From the NCBI GenBank assembly GCA_018816735.1, contig JAHIVH010000036.1:20667-84666 (forward strand): a stretch of DNA of 64,000 bases. Direction: 5' to 3'. The notes beneath the pieces were generated by a model, which was not told the DNA's origin, did not search any database, and saw only the letters and a list, made by a program, of their open reading frames with translations. This stretch comes from Pseudomonadota bacterium. GTDB lineage: Bacteria; Desulfobacterota; Desulfobacteria; Desulfobacterales; JAHIVH01. Made by a program: the position numbers and the translations under genes. This document shows positions 20,302 through 29,900 of this stretch, in pieces (the first letter of the stretch is position 1; each line of letters opens with the position of its first letter).

Positions 20302-21858
20302 CTATTTTTCCGGATAACCGGTTATTTCCCTGATTTCTTCATAAAGCGGTTTCAGTGCCTGATACATTTTCCGGTACACCCGGTGATAGAGTTTGTGATA
20401 AATTTCCGTGTGATCCGGATTTGGATGAAATACCGTATCGTAGTGCACCATTTTTTGAATGGCCTGATAAAAATCATCATAAAGGCCGATTCCCCTGGCC
20501 GTGACAATGGCCGCGCCCAAGCCGGATGTCTCAAAGGTTTTTCCCCGGACAAGGGGACGATTGAAAATATCGGCCGTAATCTGACAGATTTCATCACTTT
20601 GCGAGGCACCGCCAGATACAGCAATTTTCGTCACGTTCATCCGGCCCCTTTTTTCCATGGTCGTAAGTCCTTCAAGAAGACCATAGGCAAGTCCTTCGAT
20701 CACGCCCCTGAACACATGGGCTTTTTTGTGCACATCACCAAAACCGATCATGGCGCCTTTGGCTTCAGGCACATTCAGCCCCGGCCCCCAATAGGGCTGC
20801 ACCAGAAGTCCCATGGAACCGGGCGGCGCTTCCTTGAGCAATTGATTGAGAACGACTTCCGCCTTGATCCCCTGTTTGGCTGCCTCTTCGACTTCCTGAT
20901 GGGCAAATTCATTTTTAAACCAGGTGATCATCCAGTATCCCCTGAAAATTTCAATCTCAGGGTTATAATGGCCGGGAATCGCTGCAGGATAAGGGGGTAA
21001 AAATCGCAAGGGTTCAAAATATCTTGCTGTTGTTGTCTGGACGGTTGCTGTGGTCCCAAAGCTCAAACTGGCCATGCCCGGGTTGATGACACCCATCCCG
21101 ATGGTCTCACACCCTTTATCCGATCCGCAGGCAATCACGGGGATGCCTTCGGGAATACCTGTTTTTTTAGATGCATCAGCTGTCACATGTCCGATAATTT
21201 CTCCCGGCATCACCAGTTCCGGCATTTTATCCCGGTCAAGGGGAAATAAAAAAGAGATGGGGTCCCATTTGGAGGCCCATGCCATTTTTTTATAACTGAA
21301 CGGCACATGACCGATCTGAGATGCAATCGAATCCTTGAACATTCCGGTCAGCCGATGGTTCAAAAAACCGGACACCTGGACATATTTATGGGTATTTTTC
21401 CAGACATCCGGCTGGTTCTGCATGATCCAGTTGCCCTTGCCCGAAGTCTGGTTCTTCATGATCGTATCCCTGATACCGATTGTTCGTAACAAAAAATCCA
21501 CAAAAGGATTGGGGATAAAAGACGGCCTGGCTTTTCGCTGATCCAGCCATACGATAACCGGCCGCAATGTGTTTCCGTCCCTGTCCATATTGACCATGCT
21601 CGCACGAATGGCGGTAATGCCGACCCCTTTTATCTGGCCGAACAACGACTCGTTTCTGTCTTTTAGTGTCTGACAGGCATGACAGAGATTTTGCCAGTAG
21701 ACATCCGGGTCCTGCTCCGCCCAGCCGGGATAGTCACTGTAATACGGTTCGTATTCAATCTGAACCTTGTCCAGAAGATCGCCGTCCTGTGAAAACAGGA
21801 TGGCCCGGATGCTCTGCGTGCCGCAGTCAATGGAAAGAATGGGGGGTGTTGGGTTCAT
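20302..21858 (-). CDS. FGGY-family carbohydrate/polyol kinase.
   Basis: LSIDCGTQSIRA N-terminal actin-fold phosphate-1 motif and a C-terminal GGASQS motif. Length is 518 aa. Confidence 0.88.
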   Translation of the reverse strand: MNPTPPILSIDCGTQSIRAILFSQDGDLLDKVQIEYEPYYSDYPGWAEQDPDVYWQNLCHACQTLKDRNESLFGQIKGVGITAIRASMVNMDRDGNTLRPVIVWLDQRKARPSFIPNPFVDFLLRTIGIRDTIMKNQTSGKGNWIMQNQPDVWKNTHKYVQVSGFLNHRLTGMFKDSIASQIGHVPFSYKKMAWASKWDPISFLFPLDRDKMPELVMPGEIIGHVTADASKKTGIPEGIPVIACGSDKGCETIGMGVINPGMASLSFGTTATVQTTTARYFEPLRFLPPYPAAIPGHYNPEIEIFRGYWMITWFKNEFAHQEVEEAAKQGIKAEVVLNQLLKEAPPGSMGLLVQPYWGPGLNVPEAKGAMIGFGDVHKKAHVFRGVIEGLAYGLLEGLTTMEKRGRMNVTKIAVSGGASQSDEICQITADIFNRPLVRGKTFETSGLGAAIVTARGIGLYDDFYQAIQKMVHYDTVFHPNPDHTEIYHKLYHRVYRKMYQALKPLYEEIREITGYPEK

Positions 21859-21888
21859 TGGGTTGCTTTATAGTACTTTTATTTTAAT

Positions 21889-21917
21889 TTGACAAACGCT
21901 TAGCCAACTGGTATGAC
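21889..21917 (+). promoter_or_regulatory. Candidate sigma70 promoter of fadR-glpD.
   Basis: TTGACA-N17-TATGAC, about 37 bp upstream of the fadR ATG. The -10 element overlaps the FadR-like box. Confidence 0.35.
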
Positions 21918-21927
21918 CTCTTACCAG
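21906..21927. promoter_or_regulatory. FadR-type operator.
   Basis: AACTGGTATGACCTCTT matches 14 of 17 positions of the E. coli FadR consensus AACTGGTCCGACCTGTT. It is embedded in the inverted repeat CTGGTA-N8-TACCAG, in the divergent region between the FGGY kinase gene and fadR. Confidence 0.55.
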
Positions 21928-21953
21928 AACAATTTGAACAGGACAAGAAAAAA

Positions 21954-22664
21954 ATGACTCAGACAAAAAAAAATAATTTACCGTTCAGGCCCAAGGAACA
22001 TGCGGAAGATTATATTCTGACCCATATATTGAGCGGGGCCTATCCACCCGGGTCGGTGCTGCCTGGGGAAAGAGTGTTATCAGAAGAAATCGGCGTGACC
22101 CGGCCCACATTAAGGGAAACCCTTCACCGTCTTGCCGGAGAAGGATGGCTGACCATCAAACAGGGGAAACCCACAACGGTAAACGACTACTGGAATACAG
22201 GCGGCCTGGGCCTTTTGAATACCATGGCCAGATATGGTGAATATCTGCCCCAAAATTTTATTTCCTATCTTCTGGATGCCCGCGCAGCCGTACTTCCTTC
22301 CATGGCATTTCAGGCAGCCACGAATTCTCCGGAAGTCATTTCAGGCGTTCTTGAGAGAACATCGTCCCTTAAAAATACAGCTAAAGCATATACCAGATTT
22401 GACTGGGAACTGCAAAAACTCTTTGCCAGGGAATCTAAAAATCCGTTAGCGGTGATGCTTTTAAACAGCTTTGAAGTCATGTATCTCGCTTTAGGCCAGT
22501 TTTATTTCAGCCACCAAAAGGGGAAACAGACATCTGCAGGATACTACGAATTGCTGAAGGCCGCATTGCAAATAGGTCCCCGGGAAGTGGCATCTCTGGT
22601 CAGGGCGGAAATGATCAAAGCCAGGGAAATCTGGTCTGAAATAAATGATCTGAAGCCTTCATAG
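21954..22664 (+). CDS. fadR: GntR-family transcriptional regulator, FadR subfamily.
   Basis: The N-terminal wHTH PGERVLSEEIGVTRPTLRETLHRLAGEGWLTIKQGKPTTVNDYW is nearly collinear with E. coli FadR ([44 protein letters not shown]). Confidence 0.82.
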   Translation: MTQTKKNNLPFRPKEHAEDYILTHILSGAYPPGSVLPGERVLSEEIGVTRPTLRETLHRLAGEGWLTIKQGKPTTVNDYWNTGGLGLLNTMARYGEYLPQNFISYLLDARAAVLPSMAFQAATNSPEVISGVLERTSSLKNTAKAYTRFDWELQKLFARESKNPLAVMLLNSFEVMYLALGQFYFSHQKGKQTSAGYYELLKAALQIGPREVASLVRAEMIKAREIWSEINDLKPS

Positions 22665-22702
22665 GGTTTCATAGATAAAAAACTTAAAGGAAACAGAGCG
22701 TA

Positions 22703-24256
22703 ATGATTACCATTCAATCTCTCGAATCAAACTGGGATCTGATCGTCATTGGCGGCGGCATAACAGGGGCAGGTATTTTAAGGGAAGCATCCCGATCCGG
22801 ATTGAAAACCCTTCTTCTGGAGCAGAATGATTTTGCCTGGGGCACATCGAGCCGGTCATCCAAGCTGGTTCATGGGGGCCTCAGATATTTGAAAGAGGGT
22901 CGTCTGCCGCTGACCATTGAATCGGTCAGAGAACGGGAGCGTCTTTTAAACGAGGCACCATTTCTGGTCGAACCCATTGATTTTCTCTTTCCCACGTTCA
23001 AAGGCAAAAGCCCGGGCAAACTGTCTCTTGAAGCCGGGCTTTCCATTTATGATCTGATTGCGTTTAAAAAAAGACATACGTTTCTTTCTGCTGAAGAGTT
23101 CCTGAAAGTCGAACCCAAAATCAATCCGGACAAGTTCATGGGCGGATTCCGGTTCATGGATGCACAGGTCGATGATGCCAGATTGGTCTTGCGTGTGATC
23201 AAAGAGGCCGAAAAAACAGGTGCCAAGGCACTCAACTATGCGGCAGTAAAAAAGATCATCAGAAATAATAGCGGAAATGTTACGGGTGTCCTGGCAGTGG
23301 ATTCGGAAACAGGGGAAAGCCGGGAACTTTTAACTCCAGCTGTCATCAATGCAACCGGGTCATGGGCGGAGCAGCTTCACCCCTCTCCCAAAAAAGGACT
23401 GCATTTAAGACCGCTCCGGGGCAGTCATATCTTTTTTACCAAAGAGAAACTCCCTGTATCCCAGGCGATTTCCCTTGTGCATCCCTCCGACAAAAGACCC
23501 GTATTCATTGTTCCCTGGGAAGGGGCGAGTCTGGTAGGCACGACCGATCTCGATCATGAAAACGACCTTTCCCGTGAGCCTTCGATTACGAAAGAAGAAG
23601 TGTCCTACCTGATTGAAGCCGTCCATGGCGTATTTCCGGATGTTAAACTTTCTGAAAAGGATTGCCTGTCCACCATGGCCGGTATCCGGCCGGTATTGAG
23701 CGAAGGAATAAAGGACCCCTCAAAAGAATCCCGGGAGCATGTGGTCTGGGTGGACAAAGGCCTTGTGACAATCACCGGCGGGAAACTCACCACATTCAGG
23801 ATACTGGCGTGGGATGCATTAAAAGCGGTCAAACCCTTTTTATCCGGCAAACAACTCAAAGGTTGCGGAGACCGGGTTTTTGAACCGCTGGCGGAAAACA
23901 GAAAACCCCTCTCCCGGCCGGATATCATTTTCCAGAACAGGTTATATGGCCGATATGGAGAAATGGCCGAAAATTTGATGAAAAAGGCACCATCTGATCA
24001 ACTTGATCGTATACCGGGCACACTTTCACTGTGGGCAGAACTTTCTTTTGCAGCTCAGCACGAGAAAATCCGGCATCTTCCTGATCTTCTGTTGCGGCGG
24101 GTAAGGATCGGGCTTCTTCTTCCGGAAGGCGGCAAAAAATATCTCGATCGCATCAAGGACATCGTGATGCCACACCTCTCCTGGGACAATGACACCTGGG
24201 AAAAGGAAAAGATCCGCTATCTTGAAAATATCCGGGCCAATTACTCGGTACCCTGA
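22703..24256 (+). CDS. glpD: FAD-dependent glycerol-3-phosphate dehydrogenase.
   Basis: DLIVIGGGITGAG dinucleotide fold, SSRSSKLVHGGLRY block, and a C-terminal GlpD-type helical domain. Confidence 0.9.
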   Translation: MITIQSLESNWDLIVIGGGITGAGILREASRSGLKTLLLEQNDFAWGTSSRSSKLVHGGLRYLKEGRLPLTIESVRERERLLNEAPFLVEPIDFLFPTFKGKSPGKLSLEAGLSIYDLIAFKKRHTFLSAEEFLKVEPKINPDKFMGGFRFMDAQVDDARLVLRVIKEAEKTGAKALNYAAVKKIIRNNSGNVTGVLAVDSETGESRELLTPAVINATGSWAEQLHPSPKKGLHLRPLRGSHIFFTKEKLPVSQAISLVHPSDKRPVFIVPWEGASLVGTTDLDHENDLSREPSITKEEVSYLIEAVHGVFPDVKLSEKDCLSTMAGIRPVLSEGIKDPSKESREHVVWVDKGLVTITGGKLTTFRILAWDALKAVKPFLSGKQLKGCGDRVFEPLAENRKPLSRPDIIFQNRLYGRYGEMAENLMKKAPSDQLDRIPGTLSLWAELSFAAQHEKIRHLPDLLLRRVRIGLLLPEGGKKYLDRIKDIVMPHLSWDNDTWEKEKIRYLENIRANYSVP

Positions 24257-25233
24257 AACCGTTCTCTACCCATGATGGCGTTTATAGCCTCTGAAACCGC
24301 GTCCTGAAGTTCCTCATCTGTTTCAGGCTGAATGCGGATCGACTCAAGTGCAGGCAGAATGCTTTCATCACCGCAAATCCCTGCAATATAAACGATATCG
24401 CCTTTTGCGTTTGCATCCATTTCAGGCATACGGTTCATGAGGGGGTGTACAATTGCTCCGGCAAGACGGATATTTTTTTCGGCAATGGTCTCGATGGCCA
24501 CCATGGCGCCCAGACGAACCGGCCATTTGGCGGTGACCATCAGATCGATTAACGATGGGAATATCATATTTTTTTCGATCATCATATCGGCCAGTTTGAA
24601 GGCCTCGCCACTTTTAAGCATCCCTTCAAGCGTTGCCGTTCCCATTTTTGAAGGATCTCTATCAAGGATCATGCTTAAAATTTCAGCAGACGCGGTTCGC
24701 CCTGTCCAGGTGATCGTGTCATCGAGAATCACCGTGGGCGCAGACTGAATGTTATATTTCCTGGAAAGCTCAGGAAAAAATACCCCATCGATCACATCCA
24801 GATGGATCAATTTGCTTTGATACGAAAACCCAAGAAGCGTTTCAACCTGAACCGGACAATACGCGCAGTGGGGGGCAATAAAAATAATCAGCCGGGCAGG
24901 TACATTGATTTTTTCAAGTGGGGCGTTCTTCGTGCGAGGCGTGTTTATTTTTTTTTCAGCCTGGAAATCAAGGGCATTTAAAAATGGGGACAATTCCGGT
25001 CCTGAAGGAATAGCATGAAAAATAATATTTTCCTGTACGCGAATCGATGGCGGCTCACCATCTTCACCCTGGGTTGCTTTCATGACAACATGCGGTACAA
25101 CCTGAACAAAATCGTTTAAAAAATTCTGAAATACATCTGTTCGTTCATCGTTGGTCTTAATCAGGGTAATCTGGCAGACATGGTGCTTTTGCTCTTGCCA
25201 GGTGTCTATTATTCTTCTGTCCTGTGGTGTCAT
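24241..25233 (-). CDS. Thioredoxin-fold (PDO/AhpF-N-like) protein with a CxxC motif and a C-terminal HEAT-like helical repeat region.
   Basis: IFIAPHCAYCP active-site context followed by SAPTV (cis-Pro loop). The C-terminal 130 aa are helical-repeat-like. The 3' end overlaps the glpD 3' end by 16 bp. Confidence 0.6.
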   Translation of the reverse strand: MTPQDRRIIDTWQEQKHHVCQITLIKTNDERTDVFQNFLNDFVQVVPHVVMKATQGEDGEPPSIRVQENIIFHAIPSGPELSPFLNALDFQAEKKINTPRTKNAPLEKINVPARLIIFIAPHCAYCPVQVETLLGFSYQSKLIHLDVIDGVFFPELSRKYNIQSAPTVILDDTITWTGRTASAEILSMILDRDPSKMGTATLEGMLKSGEAFKLADMMIEKNMIFPSLIDLMVTAKWPVRLGAMVAIETIAEKNIRLAGAIVHPLMNRMPEMDANAKGDIVYIAGICGDESILPALESIRIQPETDEELQDAVSEAINAIMGRERFQGTE

Positions 25234-25430
25234 TCATCCATTCCATTTATCTGTCGATTGATCAAGCCGTGAATATACCCTGTTTTTTCTTTTTTTCAAC
25301 CTATCTGAAGAAATTGTGTTTACGAAAAAAATAAAAATAGTGTTGGCCATTCAGGGTCGGCACATGTATATTCAAAAGTTAATTAATTTAACGTTGCCAT
25401 TTTCGAATGGGTTTAATTTTAAGGGGTGGC

Positions 25431-25853
25431 ATGAAAATAAAAAAAAGTATTGAATGCTGGATCTTTGACACCTACCAAAAAAAATTTTTACTGCTTCACT
25501 GCCCGGAAACATTGAGACACCGGCCATACTGGCAGCCCGTTACAGGTGGTATTGAAAACGGAGAAACCCCTTTCCAATCCTGCCTTCGTGAAATCAGGGA
25601 AGAAACGGGCAAAGCTTTTGAAAAAGACAATCTGGTCAGATTATTCAATAATTATTCGGTCTCCATTCCTGAAGATGACATGGAATTGAACAAGAATATT
25701 TTTATTGTCAAAACAACCGGGTTTGATGTCAGGATATCAACTGAACACACGGATTACAAATGGGTTTCTCCTGAACAAGTCCGAAGCATGCTTCTTTGGG
25801 AAAGCAATAAAATCACATTTCAGGAAGTCGCAAAATATCTGGGACTTTCATAA
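25431..25853 (+). CDS. NUDIX hydrolase.
   Basis: Nudix box GGIENGETPFQSCLREIREETG. I prefer the ATG at 25431, preceded by AAGGGGTGG. Confidence 0.85.
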   Translation: MKIKKSIECWIFDTYQKKFLLLHCPETLRHRPYWQPVTGGIENGETPFQSCLREIREETGKAFEKDNLVRLFNNYSVSIPEDDMELNKNIFIVKTTGFDVRISTEHTDYKWVSPEQVRSMLLWESNKITFQEVAKYLGLS

Positions 25854-25865
25854 TGCGGGACAGCT

Positions 25866-26777
25866 ATGTATTTTAAAGATATTGACGATGTGGAAAAACG
25901 GCTTGAATCTGCAAACTATATTTCATCCAAAGAAATTGCCATCATTGTATTTCTTGCCACGGCAACCGAAAAACCGATTCTGATAGAAGGTCCTGCCGGT
26001 GTGGGAAAAACAGAACTGGCCAAAGCGATCGCTGCCAGTCTCAACCATGAACTGATACGCCTGCAGTGCTATGAAGGACTTGATGAGGCCAAGGCCCTTT
26101 ATGAATGGGAATATGCCAAACAGCTTCTATACACACAGATGGTCAAGGAAAAAGTTCAGGATGTGATCAAAGGGGCCAAAACGCTTTCTGAGGCTGTTGA
26201 AAAAATAGCCGATCAGGAAGATGCGTTTTTCACCGACCGCTTCATCCTGCCACGCCCCCTTCTCCAGGCAATTTCTTCAAAGAACCCCGTGGTCCTTCTG
26301 ATTGATGAAGTCGACAAATCAGATCCTGAATTTGAGGCATTCCTGCTGGAACTTTTGAGTGATTTCCAGGTGACCATACCGGAAATCGGCACAAGAAAGG
26401 CAGAAACGATACCTCTTGTTTTTCTGACATCAAACAATTACCGGGATATGAGCGACGCCCTGAAAAGACGATGCCTGCATCTGTATATCGACTATCCGGA
26501 AAGGGACGCGGAAATGCGGATCGTCCGGTTGAAAATCCCTGGCATAGATGAAACACTTCTCAGGCGATTGATCGATACCATCAACAATATCCGGAAACTG
26601 GATCTGAAGAAAAAACCCTGTATTTCCGAAACCCTGGACTGGGCAAAATCACTTATTGCCCTCCAGGCAAAAGACCTTACAAGGGATGTTGTTCTGAACA
26701 CATTAAATGTCATTTTAAAGTATCGAACCGATGTGGATCTGGCTATTTCAAATATAGACAAGGTCATTGCCAGCTGA
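25866..26777 (+). CDS. MoxR-family AAA+ ATPase.
   Basis: Walker A GPAGVGKT and Walker B LLIDEVDK. About 300 aa, single AAA module. A VWA partner gene lies immediately downstream. Confidence 0.9.
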   Translation: MYFKDIDDVEKRLESANYISSKEIAIIVFLATATEKPILIEGPAGVGKTELAKAIAASLNHELIRLQCYEGLDEAKALYEWEYAKQLLYTQMVKEKVQDVIKGAKTLSEAVEKIADQEDAFFTDRFILPRPLLQAISSKNPVVLLIDEVDKSDPEFEAFLLELLSDFQVTIPEIGTRKAETIPLVFLTSNNYRDMSDALKRRCLHLYIDYPERDAEMRIVRLKIPGIDETLLRRLIDTINNIRKLDLKKKPCISETLDWAKSLIALQAKDLTRDVVLNTLNVILKYRTDVDLAISNIDKVIAS

Positions 26778-26806
26778 AGCCGGTTTAAACTCATGAAAAC
26801 ACGGTT

Positions 26807-28213
26807 ATGGTTAATCTTACGCTGAAATTTGCCGCCTGCCTCAGGGCTATTGATATGAAAGTTTCCACAGCAGAGGTTCTGGATTGCGTAAACCATCTGA
26901 AACTGATTGATGTGATTGATGAAGATCTGTTTAAAACCGTGCTCAAAACAAATTTTGCCAAAAGCAGAAGAGACCACCGGACCTTTGATCACGCCTATGA
27001 CCTTTTCTTTCATCAGATGAATTCAAATATCCGTCTTGAGGATATTAAAGCCAATGAAAACCTGGTTGCCGCAAATGAAATCGATATCCTGCAAAAGGAA
27101 TGCGTGGATCAACTGGCGGCCAACCTTGAGATGGATCAAATCAATCAGGCGCTGATCAACTTTCTGTCTGGTGAGCCATTGACTTACATGAAAATGTTAC
27201 GAGAGCTTCAGACAAAAATCGAAGTCGCAAGAGTCATCAACTCCAATCTCGGGCAGCTTACCGAACGTCTTCAGATCATGCTCAAAATCAACGCCATACG
27301 GAATTTGATTCCTCAATTTTCAGGTGGCAATTTTGACATGCCCGGTTCAAACAAACAAAAAAGACTGAATCAGCGGCTCGAAGAAAGGCTCGACAATGCC
27401 TATCAACTCCTTGTGAAGGAACCGGTTCCTGAAAACGAAAGCCTAAATGTCGTTACACGGAACCAGAAACGGTCCCAAAAGCTGGGAGATATCCCGTTTG
27501 CCAACCTGTCGCAGACCCAGATCGAAGAGATGAGGGAAACGATCCGGCAGCTTGTACGGAAATTGAATGATATTGTCACCTTGAGATTTGCATCTCGAAA
27601 CAAAGGCATACTTGACATCAAAAAGACATTACGAAAATCCGCAAAATACCATGGCCTGCCTCTGGAACTGAAATTCAGGAACAAACCCTTACGGAAAGGA
27701 AAGATTGTCGCACTCTGTGATGTATCGAGTTCGGTCTGGTCTGCCGCACGGTTTATGCTGAACATGCTCTATTCCCTTCAGGACTGCTTCAGCAAGGTTA
27801 AAAGCTATATTTTTGTCGCCCAGGTTGCTGATGTCACAGACTTTTTCGACCGGTATGACACAAATGATGCGGTTGAAAAGATTCTGAACGAAGCTGATAT
27901 AGAGTATAATGTGCTCACCGATTATGGCGCCACATTACTCGATTTTAAAACAAATTATATGAATGTTCTTGATAAAAAAACGACACTTATTATCATCGGG
28001 GATGGCAGATCCAATTATCTGAACCCAAGAGAACATATCCTTCAGGACATGCGGGAAAAAGTGAGACGGATTATCTGGCTCACACCTGAACCGGAAAAAT
28101 TCTGGAGAACCGGTGACAGCCAGATCATGACTTACAAAACCTATTGTCACGAGCTTCGGGTATGCCGGAATCTGAATCAACTGAACGAATTTATAGAAGA
28201 GCTTGTGATTTAA
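26807..28213 (+). CDS. VWA domain protein, CoxE-like.
   Basis: The C-terminal VWA/MIDAS context is VALCDVSSSV...IIIGDGRSN. The long helical N-terminus and the pairing with MoxR are typical. Confidence 0.8.
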   Translation: MVNLTLKFAACLRAIDMKVSTAEVLDCVNHLKLIDVIDEDLFKTVLKTNFAKSRRDHRTFDHAYDLFFHQMNSNIRLEDIKANENLVAANEIDILQKECVDQLAANLEMDQINQALINFLSGEPLTYMKMLRELQTKIEVARVINSNLGQLTERLQIMLKINAIRNLIPQFSGGNFDMPGSNKQKRLNQRLEERLDNAYQLLVKEPVPENESLNVVTRNQKRSQKLGDIPFANLSQTQIEEMRETIRQLVRKLNDIVTLRFASRNKGILDIKKTLRKSAKYHGLPLELKFRNKPLRKGKIVALCDVSSSVWSAARFMLNMLYSLQDCFSKVKSYIFVAQVADVTDFFDRYDTNDAVEKILNEADIEYNVLTDYGATLLDFKTNYMNVLDKKTTLIIIGDGRSNYLNPREHILQDMREKVRRIIWLTPEPEKFWRTGDSQIMTYKTYCHELRVCRNLNQLNEFIEELVI

Positions 28214-28220
28214 ACCCATT

Positions 28221-29378
28221 ATGACTCTATCCATGACAAATAACCAATCCATGCTGGAAAATGAAATCCGAAACGCCTTGAGCGCTATTCACTTTTCAGA
28301 TCCTCAACATGTCCCGTTCCAGGCTTTCTCAAGAGAACAATGGGCAAAAGCAGGCCAGGCCGGCCTGATGGGGATCGGCCTTCCGGAAAAGTATGGCGGC
28401 TGTGGCGGAGGTGATCTGGAAATCGCCATCACCGGGCAGGTGATTGCCGAGACATGCAGGGATATGGGATTCAGTCTTTCCTGGCTTGTCCAGATTCTTG
28501 TATCGCGCCTGATTGCAACCTTTGGCACAGACACTCAGCAAAAGACACTGCTGCCCCAATTGATATCCGGCAAACAGATCATTTGTTTTGCCGTATCAGA
28601 GCCTGACGTGGGACCTCATCCCAAATATCTGAAAACAAAAGCTGTCCTGTCCGGAGATCACTACATTATCGATGGTGAAAAAATCTGGATCACCAACGCG
28701 CCTGTTGCCGATATGTTTATCATCATTGCCATTACTAAAGAACAGCAAGGGAAAAAATATTATTCCGCCTTCATTGTTCCGGCACAAACACCCGGCGTAA
28801 CCGTATCAAAACCGTTTGATATGCCATTTTTCAAAACATCCCCTCATGGTGGCATTCAGCTGAAACAGGTGAAGGTGCCGACCAGCAATCGTTTGGGCGA
28901 GCCTGACGGTATCTATGAAACCATGGTGATCCCCTTTTCTGCTATAGAAAATGCCATGATGATGGGTCCAGTCACTGGCGGCTTTGAGGCTCAGAAAACC
29001 ATTCTGATGATGCATTTGAAAAAAAAGAAGGCCACTCTGCCAAACGAATTGTCTTTTGAACTGGCTCAACTTGAAACAATGATTTATACTGCAAAATTGA
29101 TTGTCAATAAAGCAGCTGCCCTTGCCAGGGTCTCTGATAGCGCACGTGAATCACTTTTTCTGTTGATTTTTTTCAGAGACCTTGGAAAGAAAATTCAATC
29201 ACAAATAGAAAAGATTGTTGATCTGGCTGAAATACAGCCGGGAAATGTGTTTAAAGACATTCTAAATGATCTGGAATGTTCAAGAGGACTTGGAGAAAAA
29301 TCAATTTTACAAAAACAAACAAGACTGGGCAGGACATTGTTTGAAGCATTTTCATCCGAACCTGGTTTTAACAAATGA
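28221..29378 (+). CDS. Acyl-CoA dehydrogenase family protein.
   Basis: ACAD-like blocks FAVSEPDVGPHP and GEKIWITNAP. About 385 aa with a three-domain layout. Confidence 0.82.
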   Translation: MTLSMTNNQSMLENEIRNALSAIHFSDPQHVPFQAFSREQWAKAGQAGLMGIGLPEKYGGCGGGDLEIAITGQVIAETCRDMGFSLSWLVQILVSRLIATFGTDTQQKTLLPQLISGKQIICFAVSEPDVGPHPKYLKTKAVLSGDHYIIDGEKIWITNAPVADMFIIIAITKEQQGKKYYSAFIVPAQTPGVTVSKPFDMPFFKTSPHGGIQLKQVKVPTSNRLGEPDGIYETMVIPFSAIENAMMMGPVTGGFEAQKTILMMHLKKKKATLPNELSFELAQLETMIYTAKLIVNKAAALARVSDSARESLFLLIFFRDLGKKIQSQIEKIVDLAEIQPGNVFKDILNDLECSRGLGEKSILQKQTRLGRTLFEAFSSEPGFNK

Positions 29379-29411
29379 CATATAAACAATTGATAATATA
29401 TGGAGATAACT

Positions 29412-29900
29412 ATGGAAAAATGCCCGTGCGGACTTGACACCCCATTTGAATCATGCTGTGAACCCCTTATAAAAGAGATCCGTCCCGCCAAAACAGCCGA
29501 AGAACTGATGCGATCACGATATTCTGCTTATGCAACCGGAAATATTGACTATATTGTTAAAACAATCATTAAAGGCAAGCAGGACAGCCAGGACAGGAAT
29601 TCCATTAAAAAATGGTCCGAAAAATCCAAATGGAATAAACTTGACGTGATTAACGTCGAGAAAGGTGGACCGGAAGATGATGAGGGATATGTTGAATTTA
29701 TTGCACATTACATCACCGATGGTGAAAGACACGCCCATCATGAAATTGCCCATTTCAAAAAGGAAGACAGCACGTGGTTTTTTAACGACTCACAATTTCC
29801 ATCGATCAAACAATACGTGAGAGAGACCCCCAAAGTCGGAAGAAATGATCCCTGCACTTGCGGCAGCGGTAAAAAATTTAAAAAATGCTGTGGAAAATAA
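29412..29900 (+). CDS. ychJ: YchJ-family (UPF0225) protein with SEC-C motifs.
   Basis: N-terminal CPCG...CC and C-terminal [21 protein letters not shown] metal-binding motifs. GGAG RBS before the ATG at 29412. Confidence 0.85.
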   Translation: MEKCPCGLDTPFESCCEPLIKEIRPAKTAEELMRSRYSAYATGNIDYIVKTIIKGKQDSQDRNSIKKWSEKSKWNKLDVINVEKGGPEDDEGYVEFIAHYITDGERHAHHEIAHFKKEDSTWFFNDSQFPSIKQYVRETPKVGRNDPCTCGSGKKFKKCCGK

